Assembly: GCA_951406725.2 (NCBI GenBank)
Contig: OX597824.1
Coordinates: forward strand, 82,274,001-82,338,000
Source: Octopus vulgaris
Taxonomy: Eukaryota
Reading direction: 5' to 3'
Length of the DNA: 64,000 nt
A program made the position numbers and the translations under genes. Shown here piece by piece: positions 52,778 to 64,000 of the stretch; within the stretch, counting starts at the first letter, position 1; every line of letters begins with the position of its first letter. The notes under the pieces were generated by a model, which saw only the letters and a program-made list of their open reading frames with translations, had not been told where the DNA came from and ran no database searches.

Positions 52778-53113
52778 ACACGAATGCACGCAACATTTAT
52801 TTATGATTACATGTACTTATATATGAATGTATATATATATCTGTCTGTATATATATTAGTATATATATGTATGTATATATATGTGTATATATATGTGTGT
52901 GTATGTGCGCTTGTGTGCGTGTGCGTGTTTCCGTATGTGTATATATGTATGTGCGTACGTCCGTAAGCATGTGCGTTTGTTATGACTCAGATTGAGATAT
53001 AAATAGAAATATTAATAAAAAAACAAAAAAAAAAACACACAGACATAAATATAGACATTTGTTTGTGTCATTGAAAATGCTGTTGTTGTTGTTCTTCTTC
53101 TTCCTACTGTTGT
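52778..53113 (+). repeat. Local duplication, copy 2
   Basis: Direct repeat of 50338-50678. Confidence 0.85.
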
Positions 53114-53142
53114 TGTTGCTGTTGCTACTTATGTCGTTAACG

Positions 53143-53189
<47 letters not shown>

Positions 53190-53633
53190 GCATAGTGAAG
53201 GTTTCGACGTGTGGGGGAGAGAAAAAATTCTCCAGAAATAGATGGTCTCTATCTTCGATAAAATTCTTACTCTCTTGCCCTTTACAGCTATTTCGCAATA
53301 TCATCTCTCTTTCCTTGTCTGTCTTTCTTTCTCTTTCCCTATCTTTCTTTCTTTCTTTCTGTCACTTTTTTTTTCTATTTTTAACTTCCGTTTCCATTTT
53401 CTGTTGGATCATTTTTTTTAAGATGCATTTTTTTATCTTATGTATTCTTCTTTTTTTTTTGTACTTTGGGGATTGATGAATCAAACAGTAGTTTGTTTTT
53501 CTATTTGTTCTTTAATATTTATTTTACTGTTGTATACTTTTTTTTTTTTTTTTCCACTCTAGTTCTCTTCAACATTACAGAATCAGTGAATCTCTAGATC
53601 AGTGCTTAGCAACCATTATGCCGCGGCACACTG

Positions 53634-53665
<32 letters not shown>

Positions 53666-53828
53666 GTAGGTCCCGGGTTGAGTCGGGGTTAACCACAGTA
53701 AATAAGGTACTCAATACATAGCAGAGTAAATTAATTTATTTTATAGAAGGAGCTTCTACAGGACTAGAACTGCTTCATTTGAATGAAACAGTTCTAGTCC
53801 TGTAGAAGCTCCTTCTATAAAATAAATA
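53666..53828 (-). mobile_element. Probable PLE end with terminal fold-back palindrome
   Basis: Inverted homolog of 51340-51412 followed by a near-perfect ~95-bp palindrome. Confidence 0.7.
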
Positions 53829-53860
53829 TATATATATATATATATACATATTTCATTTTC

Positions 53861-54140
53861 GCGCCCTTTTCAAGCCTAGCCAGGCTCATGGGCCCGGTTT
53901 CCCGGTTCCTGTGGGGTATGCGTTCCAACCAGCTGGACGGGACGCCAGTCTGTCGCAGAGTTACTCAAGAAACAGGAAGAGAGAGTGAGAGAAAGTTGTG
54001 GAGAAAGAGTACAATAGGGGTCGCCACAGCCCCCTGCCAGTGCCTCGTGGAACTTTTTAAGTGTTTTCGCTCAATAAACATACACAACCGCGATCCTCCG
54101 ACCGCGAGTCCGCTGCCCTAACCACTGGGCTATTGCGTCT

Positions 54141-54144
<4 letters not shown>
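53861..54144 (-). mobile_element. SINE family C with tail type 3
   Basis: Matches 2705-3009 with an internal deletion. Confidence 0.9.
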
Positions 54145-54191
<47 letters not shown>

Positions 54192-54200
54192 AATAAATAA

Positions 54201-54259
<59 letters not shown>

Positions 54260-54265
<6 letters not shown>

Positions 54266-54445
54266 CGTGATCACCGTGACCGACCAGGCTTTCAGATGTT
54301 GCTACATCGTTGGTCACAATGCGCTTTGCATTGTTTTAGCCTTCAAGTGACGCCACCCCGCTGGCTAAGCGAGCAGGCCAACAGAAGAAAGAGTGAGAGA
54401 AAGTTGTGGCGAAAGAGTACAGCAGGGATCGCCTCCCCGCGCCCC
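54260..54445 (-). mobile_element. SINE family C tail type 2, head missing
   Basis: Matches 46203-46390. Confidence 0.88.
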
Positions 54446-54779
54446 CTGAATATAAGTGTACCACAAGTGAAGAAAAAAGTTTGCGGAGCACTGTTCTAGG
54501 TACGGACAAAAATACCTTGTGTTATTTCATCACAAATGGAGAAGTTGACATAAATACACAAACGAATAGAAAACACAGAAGGTCACCAAACTCCTCATCA
54601 CTTATCGGCCAGAGAGTCAAACGCAATTTCCTCCATTATCGATAATATTTCTTCTACTCTGGAGGCACCAGCATGAAACTTTCCGGGAATGGGACCAAAA
54701 CATAACAAACGAGACCATTAGTGGACGGACGAGGGACAAAAATAAACAGAATAAAGGCTTAGGGGCAGACGAAGACAAC

Positions 54780-54839
<60 letters not shown>

Positions 54840-55004
54840 ATATACATATACACCAAAAAAGCCATGGGGCTGCAACACAGACAAAAGTGGGTAACGCAAA
54901 GGAGAAATGAAAACTGTCCTAAAAAACTATAGACACGGGAGAAGTAAAGCGAAAAGCAAAGAGAATCGTGACAGGTTCGGTCGAAGGCAACGCGAAAAAG
55001 AATG

Positions 55005-55820
55005 ACACTGCCGTGCTTAGCGGAATTTCGTCCGTCATTATAAATTAAGTACCAGTTACGCACTGGGGTCGATGTAATCGACTTAATCCGTTTGTCTCTC
55101 CTTGTTTGTCCCCTCTGTGTTTAGCCCCTTGTGGGTAGTAAAGAAATAGGTATTTCGTCTGCCGCTACAAACTGAGTTTAAATTCTGCTGAAGTCGACTT
55201 TTCCCTTCATCTTTTCGTATCGTTAAAATTAGCACCAGTTACGCACTGGGCTCGATGTAATCGACTTAATCCCTTCCCCCAAATTTGAGGTCTTGTCCTT
55301 CCAGTAGAAAGGAATATTATTAAAGGCGGTGAGCCTGCACAATCGACTTTGCCTTTCATCGATAAAACACTGGGGTTGATGTAACTGAGTCATCCCTACC
55401 TCCCCCAAGCTGCCCTTGTGGCAAAAATTTTAAATAATGATTATTAATATTATTGCTTATCGGCATTTCGTCCATCGCTATGTTCTGAGTTCAAATTCTG
55501 CCGAAGTCAGCTCTGCCTATCATCCTTTCGGGGTTAAAAAATTAGGTACCAGTGAAACACTGGAGGTCCATGTAATTGACTAGTCCCTTCCCACCAAATT
55601 TCAGGCTTTGTGCCCTTCGCAGAAAGTATTAATATTATTGCTCGGTAATATTTCGTCCGTCGCTACGTTCTGAGTTCAAATTCTGCTGGGGTCGACTCTG
55701 CCTTTTATCCTTTGGGGGTCAATAAATTAAGTACCAGTGAAACACTGAGGTCGATATAATAGACTAGTCACCCCCCCCCCCACGAAACTTTCAGGCTTTG
55801 TGCCTTTAGTAGTAAGGATA
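55005..55820 (+). mobile_element. Cluster of about five tandem SINE family B units
   Basis: Repeated TTTCGTC..CTGAGTTCAAATTCTGC..GTACCAGT..CACTG..CTTGTG..AGAAAG units. Confidence 0.85.
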
Positions 55821-55824
55821 ACCA

Positions 55825-56217
55825 TTGTTGTTGCTGCTGTTGCTGTTGAGCGTAGCGGTCTTCGTCCCAGATGTAGTGGGAGAAGTCCGAAACGAGGTCC
55901 TTTGCTATTCGTAAGAGCCGCAGAAGAGAAAGCAGGCCAACCCCCGACACCGAGAGCCTCGACGGATGGATGAATGTGCATCCAGGCTCAGCAGTTGCGT
56001 AGGAAGTCGGGGATAAGAAACAGGAAGAAAGAGAGAGAGAAAGTTGGAGCGAAAGAGTACAACAGGGGTCGCCAACTCCCACATTCCTGCCGGAGCCTCG
56101 TGGAACTTTAGGTGTTTTCGATCAATAAACACACACAACGCCCGGTCTGGGAATCGAAACCGAGATCCTCCGACCGCGAGTCCGCTGCCATAAACCACTG
56201 GGCCATTGCGCCTCCAC
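55825..56217 (-). mobile_element. SINE family C with tail type 4 ending in (CAA/CAG)n
   Basis: Intact C head and body, then unique ~170-bp tail ..GGACGAAGACCGCTACGCTCAACAGCAACAGC. Confidence 0.88.
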
Positions 56218-56602
56218 TGCTACTGCTGCCTTTGCCATTGTTGTTGTTGTTGTTGTTGTTCTTGTTGCCTTCAATTAATTAATGAACCTTCATTACTCCA
56301 CATCACCCTGCTTGTTTACTTGCCGCCATTTAGGAACTCTTTCTGTGTTTTTAAATTACACTCGCTTCTCCACATAATTATTATGATTGTTGACAATTTA
56401 TTGATATCGCTGTTGCCCCAATTTTCCTTTCTGGTTTCCGCACCCATTAAAAAAAAAAAATCCTTCCTTTGTTTATGTTTCGTAGTTATGTATTGTTTAT
56501 TTATAAAGTCTTTTCTAGTACTGTTGACCTCACCCTTTTACAACCAGAAAACGGTGCCACTGTTTTTATTGTTTTCGTTATATATAGTTATTTTCATTTT
56601 TA

Positions 56603-56700
56603 TCTCTCTCTATATAAACGGCAGTTTGTCTGTGCGTGTTTCTGTGTGTCTGTTTGCTTGTAACTCTGACCACAGCTTTCAACCGATTCTGATGAAATTT
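56603..56700 (+). mobile_element. Possible Helitron 5' fragment
   Basis: A|TCTCTCTCTATATAAACGGCAGTTTGTCTGTG..TTCAACCGATT..GAAATTT resembles the 5' ends of the other Helitrons. Confidence 0.5.
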
Positions 56701-56705
56701 TATTG

Positions 56706-56821
<116 letters not shown>

Positions 56822-56883
56822 TTATCTTTTATTTTATCTATATATAGATAAAATTTTATTGTATATATATATATATTATTTTA

Positions 56884-56982
<99 letters not shown>

Positions 56983-57329
56983 GTGTATACTCATACGTGC
57001 GCGCGTAAATACATATAAATTATTGTGCTACCTATATAAGTGTTCGTCATTATACAACAGTATAGATTTATACGTTAGAGGCGTGAAGTGAGGGCGATTT
57101 CGTTGTTATTTCTCTCGTAGCTTGCATCTTAACCCCGATACTTCTCAGTCAAAACGGAACTCGTAATCAATGGCGTTTCATTGCAAAATATATTATCCAA
57201 TGCGTCGTGTCTTTTTTAAAATATATATTTTCACACACATACACACAAATGCACAGATACGTACATGTTGTAAATCATATAATATTGTCTACGTTTGGAA
57301 TACAAGTGATGATGTCAAATAGACAAACA

Positions 57330-57810
<481 letters not shown>

Positions 57811-58293
57811 TAGAAAGACATATATAGGTATGCACATCACTCACATATATAGATAGATAGAGAATCACATTGGCAGATAGACAGATGTAAAACAAATTAA
57901 GGGATTCCGTCATGTCTATAGACTTCAGACAATGATTCAGGAGTTATTTTAAGAATATTTCGTTGTGGGTACTAAAACCACGACGGGTGTCACAGGGCGT
58001 GGCTATATACGTATTCCATGTATTTACGTTATAGTCACTATGTGTTTCTTTACATAACGAAAGAAATCCTTCATGGTTGCGGGAATTGGTAGAAATAGTA
58101 GTTAAATCTACCTTTAAAAGAACACATCTTACAATTTAAAACAAAAAAGATCCTGTTTTTCGTTTTGTTTTCTTTTTTTCTAAGCATTGGACCTTTTCAA
58201 TTGGTTTCTTTTGCCAAGTTACTGTAACACAAACAAACCAACACCGATTGTCAAGGAATGGGGAACAAAGATAGACACACACCTATAAATACA

Positions 58294-58413
<120 letters not shown>

Positions 58414-58436
58414 AACACATACACATGCACATACAA

Positions 58437-58810
58437 ACGCAGGTGTGGGTGTGTAGAAAGCTGTTTGCTTCCCAAGCACACGGTTCCGGGTTCAGTTCCA
58501 CTATGCGACCCTTTCGGCAAGTATCTTATACTATAGCTTCGGGCCGACCAAAGTATTGTGTATGGATCTGGAACATGGAAACTCAAAGAAGCCCATCATA
58601 TATATGTGTGTGCGTGCGTGTGTGTGTCTTTGTGCCCCACCACCGCTGTTGGTGTTTATATATCCGCGTAACTTAGCGGTTCGGCGAAAGAGTCCGATAG
58701 AATAAATGCTAGGCGAAATAATGAATAAATACTGGGGTCTCTAAGTTCGACTAAAAATCCCTAAATGCGGTGCCCCAGCATAGACCGCAGTCTAATAAGT
58801 GAAACCAGGA
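58437..58810 (+). mobile_element. SINE family A, full length, diverged
   Basis: GGTTCCGGGTTCAGTTCC..ACTTAGCGGTTCGGC..GCGGTGCCCCAGCAT. Confidence 0.85.
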
Positions 58811-58813
58811 ATA

Positions 58814-58888
<75 letters not shown>

Positions 58889-58892
<4 letters not shown>

Positions 58893-59172
58893 GCCATGAT
58901 AGATCGTTAGCCACTACACACATTTTTTCTCTCCTTGTTTCTCTCCTTGTTTTTTCTGTGTCCCTTTCTGTAGAAGACCGTAGGCTCGAAACGTAAAATA
59001 CTTTTTCTAATCCTGAGCGTTATACTAATACACCTGTTTGTTTTGTACATCGCCTGTCACGAATAGAAAAAGTCTTTTACGTTTCGAGCCTACGCTCTTC
59101 TACAGAAAGGGTTACAGAAAAAACAAGGAGAGAAAAAAATGTATGTAGTGGCTAACGATCTATCATGCGACT
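58889..59172. mobile_element. Inverted pair of a PLE-like terminal sequence
   Basis: Arms 58889-59009 and 59064-59172 are reverse complements; each has CTGTAGAAGA(G/C)CGTAGGCTCGAAACG. Confidence 0.75.
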
Positions 59173-59187
59173 GATTTGGATAGAAGG

Positions 59188-59303
<116 letters not shown>

Positions 59304-59497
59304 ATGTATAAAAGGAAAATAAGACAATGTAGAAAATGGTAAAATAATTTTATCATGAAATACATTTTGTAACAGTTGGTACCGGTTTCAGACTTTACAA
59401 CTTTTTCAACTAAGATGGATATTAAGAAGAAAAACAATTAAATTGAAGAAAAAATTCAATGAAATGTTGTAAATAAATATTTCCATAGTCTTCAAGT

Positions 59498-59548
<51 letters not shown>

Positions 59549-59699
59549 AAATACAAAATGGGAGAAGAACGCAAAACATCCAGACAACTAGGTGATAGAA
59601 AAAGAGGACAACAAAACATTCAGATAGACGATAAAAAGAAAACAAGGACGGGTCATTTGAAGTTTTCTATCTTCAGTCAAAAACCAGATTATCCTCGCC

Positions 59700-60200
59700 A
59701 TAAGCCGAAATAAACACACCAACACCGGTTGTCAAGCGGTAGTGAGGGACAAAGACAGACACAAAAACACAGGCACACAAACACACGCACATATGTAAAC
59801 ACACCGGGTTTCTTACAGTTTCCATCTACCAAATCCACTGACAAGGATTTGGTCGGCCCGAGGCTATAGTAGAAGACACTTATTCAAGGTGCCACGCAAT
59901 GGGACTGAACCTGGAACTATTTGGTTGGAAAACAAACTTCTTACACCACAGCCATGCTTGCGAACCACACATACACTCACACACACACACACACAGATAA
60001 ATTCTTTTTTTCGGTTATTCTTTTACTTGTTTCAGTCATTTGACTACGGCCATGGTGGAGCATCGCCTTCAAGGTTTTACTCGTAGAAATAAACCCCAGA
60101 ATCTAATGTTTGCAAGCTGAACCGCTATGTTACGGATCGTAAACACACCAACGTCGGTTGTCAAGCGATGGTGGAGAGACAAACACAGACACAAAGAGAC
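59700..60200 (-). mobile_element. Two partial SINE family A copies
   Basis: 59700-59965 (5' part) and 60010-60200 (3' part). Confidence 0.83.
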
Positions 60201-60231
60201 ATACACATAAATATATACATATGTAAATATA

Positions 60232-60464
60232 TATTTCTTTACTACCCCACAAGGGGATAAACACAGAGGGGACAAACAAGGACAGACAAGCGGATTAAGT
60301 CGATTACATCGAACCAAGTGCGTAACTGGTACTTAATTTATCGACCCCGAAAGGATGAAAGGCAAAGTCGACCTCGGCGGAATTGGAACTCAGAACGTAA
60401 CGGCAGACGAAATACGGCTACGCATTTCGTCCGGCGTGCTAACGTTTCTGCCAGCTCGCCGCCT
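60232..60464 (-). mobile_element. SINE family B, full length with TSD
   Basis: Flanked by TATAC(A/T)TATGTAAATATAT on both sides. Confidence 0.93.
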
Positions 60465-60489
60465 TTATACTTATGTAAATATATGACCA

Positions 60490-60682
60490 CGTGTGTATCG
60501 TTGGCGATTTTTTCCTCCGTCTTCTCTTCCTTGGACCTTTCCTTTTTCTAAGTTTCTGACGAAGAGGTCCACTCGAAACGTTAAATCCTCCTGCTTTCTT
60601 TCCTTTCCTGAGCGTTCAATAATACTATACTTGTTCCACGTTCTCGCGTTGTTTTGTATTCTCTTTGTTCATGTTTGGATTA

Positions 60683-60683
<1 letters not shown>
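60490..60683 (+). mobile_element. Probable PLE terminal-repeat relic with hammerhead-like motif
   Basis: CTGACGA-A-GAG-GTCCA-CTC-GAAACGTTA at 60556-60583; followed by (TA)n. Confidence 0.6.
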
Positions 60684-60744
<61 letters not shown>

Positions 60745-60751
<7 letters not shown>

Positions 60752-60875
60752 GACGGGTTTCTTTCAGTTTCCATTTACCAAATCCGCCCACGATGCTTTA
60801 GTCGGCCCGACGCTATAGTAGAAGATACTTGCCCAAGATGCCAAGCAGTGGGACTGAACCCGGAACGATGTGCTA
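60745..60875 (-). mobile_element. SINE family A 5' part
   Basis: TACGACGGG..CTATAGTAGAAGATACTTGCCCAAG..GGGACTGAACCCGGAA. Confidence 0.85.
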
Positions 60876-60892
60876 ATTGAGGTAGTTACAAA

Positions 60893-60946
<54 letters not shown>

Positions 60947-61288
60947 GCATCATCCGAAAGTATAATTTTGATTGCAAATTTAAATGAATCATAGTTATTC
61001 AAACCACACATTTGCATGTACACACAAATACTTGTATACATACCAGAATGCATAGCCTAAATTTGGTTTGTACAGCATAAGGCAAACATAAAAGAGATAA
61101 ACAGACTGAGAGGGGAGACAGGACACACAGACAGATGGTCGTAAAGGAAAATTAGGTGCTCAGTCATGTTTGTCTGTCGATTTTTCACAATGAATCAGTG
61201 ACTATTTTAAGTTTACTTCTCTGTGGTTTCTAAACCAAGACGAATGTAATGGGGGGCGTGGTTATTACGTTTCATAATCTCATGCATT

Positions 61289-61326
<38 letters not shown>

Positions 61327-61368
61327 ACGGGAAGCTTTATGAAAATAAACAAAAGACGAAGGCAGGTG

Positions 61369-61404
<36 letters not shown>

Positions 61405-61481
61405 TTATATACATATACATATATATATATATATACATATATACACACACTCATATATATATACATATATATACATACACA

Positions 61482-61524
<43 letters not shown>

Positions 61525-61690
61525 AGAGAGAGAGGGATTCATATTTAATATTTTTATAATTTTTGTATACAAAATAGTTAACAGATTGCTTCATAGTTTT
61601 GCTAGATGAGGGATGAGCTGGAGAATAAAACAGAAATACACTTCTGGACATATATAGACATAAGCACATATATTCAAACACACACATACA

Positions 61691-62038
<348 letters not shown>

Positions 62039-62076
62039 GTACGCGACATAACAAGATAAATCATGCAGGTCGGCCC

Positions 62077-62459
62077 AGTTAGAATTGTTTTTTTTAGGTT
62101 GCGTAGCCTATTTCACATACAAGGTCCCTAAATAAGGCTTGTTTAAGGATAATGTATGAAACACCCATGTTTCCAGGGTGAACTAGTCAAACCCAAAAGA
62201 ACCCCGCTCAACACTTATTTGGTTACGATGCTCCTCCACTACTCAGGCTCATGATCAGAGATCCACATATCGTCAGCCACTAAGGGACATGGTCAACTGG
62301 TTAAAGTCAAACAACTGACAAACAAATCTGTGGTATTGAGCAGAATATTTGCCATAGCCTATCTTTTTCACGAGGACAAAGCATGTACTTGATAACACTT
62401 CCAATCAATTAAGATGAGAAGCCTTGAGAGTCAGTACCTGGTAGTGTATCAGGGCATTG
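62077..62459 (+). mobile_element. Short retroposon family E with (TTA)n tail
   Basis: Homologous to the reverse complement of 6546-6920; followed by (TTA)n to ~62532. Confidence 0.85.
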
Positions 62460-62533
<74 letters not shown>

Positions 62534-62549
62534 TGCTACTGTTCTCATT

Positions 62550-62700
62550 AAGGCTGCGTGCTGACAGAATTGTTAGCACGCTGGACGAAATACTTTGAGG
62601 TATTTCACCTGTCGCTACGTTCTGAGTTCAAATTCCACCGAGGTTGATGTGATCGACTCATACCCACCTTCTCCAAGCTACTCTTGTGGCGAAAATTTGA
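62550..62700 (+). mobile_element. SINE family B, degraded
   Basis: GTTAGCACGCTGGACGAAAT..GTTCTGAGTTCAAATTCC. Confidence 0.75.
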
Positions 62701-62762
62701 AATGATAATGATAATAATAATAATAATAATATTAATAATAATTATTATTATTATTAGTATTA

Positions 62763-62810
<48 letters not shown>

Positions 62811-62820
62811 TTATCATTAT

Positions 62821-62880
<60 letters not shown>

Positions 62881-62922
62881 AACTACTACTACTACCACTA
62901 CTACCACTACTACAACTAATAC

Positions 62923-63190
62923 TACTTTACGGCAGTGAGAGGTAGAGCCTCTACTTCAAACAGGAGCGGTGTCTCAACGACTTATACCTTCGTAATTTGA
63001 GATGCATCTTGGACATTAGGGGAACCGAACACATCACCAACACCAAAGTCCTCAACTGTGCCAAGATACCCAGCATATTCACCCTGCTCCAGCACCGTAG
63101 TTTGTGCTGGTTCGGTTATGTATATCCCATCCCGGACGGAAAGATCCCAAAAGATCTCCTGTATGGGGAATTGGCCACCGGTACTAGAGA
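62923..63190 (+). mobile_element. RTE-clade LINE ORF fragment (second family)
   Basis: LYGSER*SLYFKQERCLNDLYLRNLRCILDI..HITNTKVL..IPSIFTLLQHRSLCWFGYV..DGKIPKDLLYGELATGTR. Confidence 0.88.
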
Positions 63191-63263
63191 GCACTCAGAA
63201 GACATAGTATACAAGCGGACCATATCAGGTAAGGAAACAAGAAATGATCCTTGAAATACAATC

Positions 63264-63692
63264 TGTGGTTTTACGAAGGATGGTCGATGTCCATTTAGGA
63301 ATTTTTGTAGAAAAAAAGGTGTTATACATGAGTGTAAGGTAACTTCAGAAGGTAAAGATTACTACTATATAGTTTCTACTGAAAAGTATATTTAAAAAAG
63401 GGTTGTGAACCATGAAAACACCTTTAGGTATAGACGAAAAGAAGCAAGCGTTAGTCTTAGTAAACTAACTTGGACAATTAAGGATTAAAATAGGAAATAT
63501 ACACTTAGGTGGGAAATAATTAGCTGGGCAAAATTTTATAGCATTGGGAACAAATGATGTGAACTCTGTGTAGAGGAACTTCATCAAATTCTTACATCAA
63601 AATACAAATTATTAAACAATAAGAGAGAAAGAGGTTTTTACTGTGTGCATAGGATTAAGTATACATTCAAAAATTTTAATAAATTGAAATGA
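63264..63692 (+). mobile_element. Penelope-like element GIY-YIG endonuclease domain (pseudogenised; Naiad-like)
   Basis: One frame with 3 internal stops: CGFTKDGRCPFRNFCRKKGVIHECKV..YYYIVSTE..KRVVNHENTFR..LSKLTW..LRWEII..CELCVEE..ILT..LLNNKRE..CVH; below the ORF-track threshold. Confidence 0.82.
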
Positions 63693-64000
63693 ATATAATT
63701 AAATAGAAGCTGAGTGATGACTACAGTTATACATAGGAATAATTATTGAAGTAAAATATACTTTCGTTATTTTTAAGTAATTTTAAAGAATCAAACACCA
63801 TATGTATGCTACCTAAGAATTGTACCTCTACACTATTAATTAGATTGGCGAATAATGTAGGAACCCCAACCATCAAGTAACATATCTAAATAAATTATAC
63901 TATTAATAGGAGGAAAAGGGATTTCTTGTCTATTCGTAAAGTCAAAAGATTTATATTAGTACTTATTGAATTTAAATGAATTTAATCTAAATAAACAATG

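Noticed and set aside
60878-60890. let-7-like TGAGGTAGT
   Set aside because: Only about 9 nt match, no hairpin, and it lies at the edge of a decayed SINE
63250-64000. Mitochondrial insertion (NUMT), suggested by AT-richness
   Set aside because: Translates as a GIY-YIG endonuclease relic; no mitochondrial gene motif recognised

Overview
AT-rich, microsatellite-saturated animal genomic DNA. It is most likely an octopus/cephalopod, inferred from the SINE families, the 5S sequence and the repeat landscape. I found no intact protein-coding gene or convincing exon; almost all listed ORFs are translations of simple repeats. The window holds dozens of copies of at least five short retroposon families (called A-E here) and fragments of Dong/R4, RTE, CR1-like and Penelope-like retroelements. 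It also holds mariner/Tc1 relics, non-autonomous Helitrons (including a head-to-tail trimer), a Helentron-like element, a 15-copy 68-bp minisatellite, and decayed 5S rRNA and U6 snRNA copies. The most notable observations are: (1) both Pol III RNA copies are followed immediately, in the same orientation, by a family-A SINE head, and U6 abuts it directly; (2) SINE heads, cores and tails are combinatorially shuffled; (3) two independent insertions hit the same site of SINE A; (4) several fold-back palindromes and degenerate hammerhead-ribozyme motifs occur; (5) an old ~140-bp element of unknown origin occurs three times. Family names and clade assignments come from recalled motifs, not database searches, and boundaries of degraded copies are approximate.
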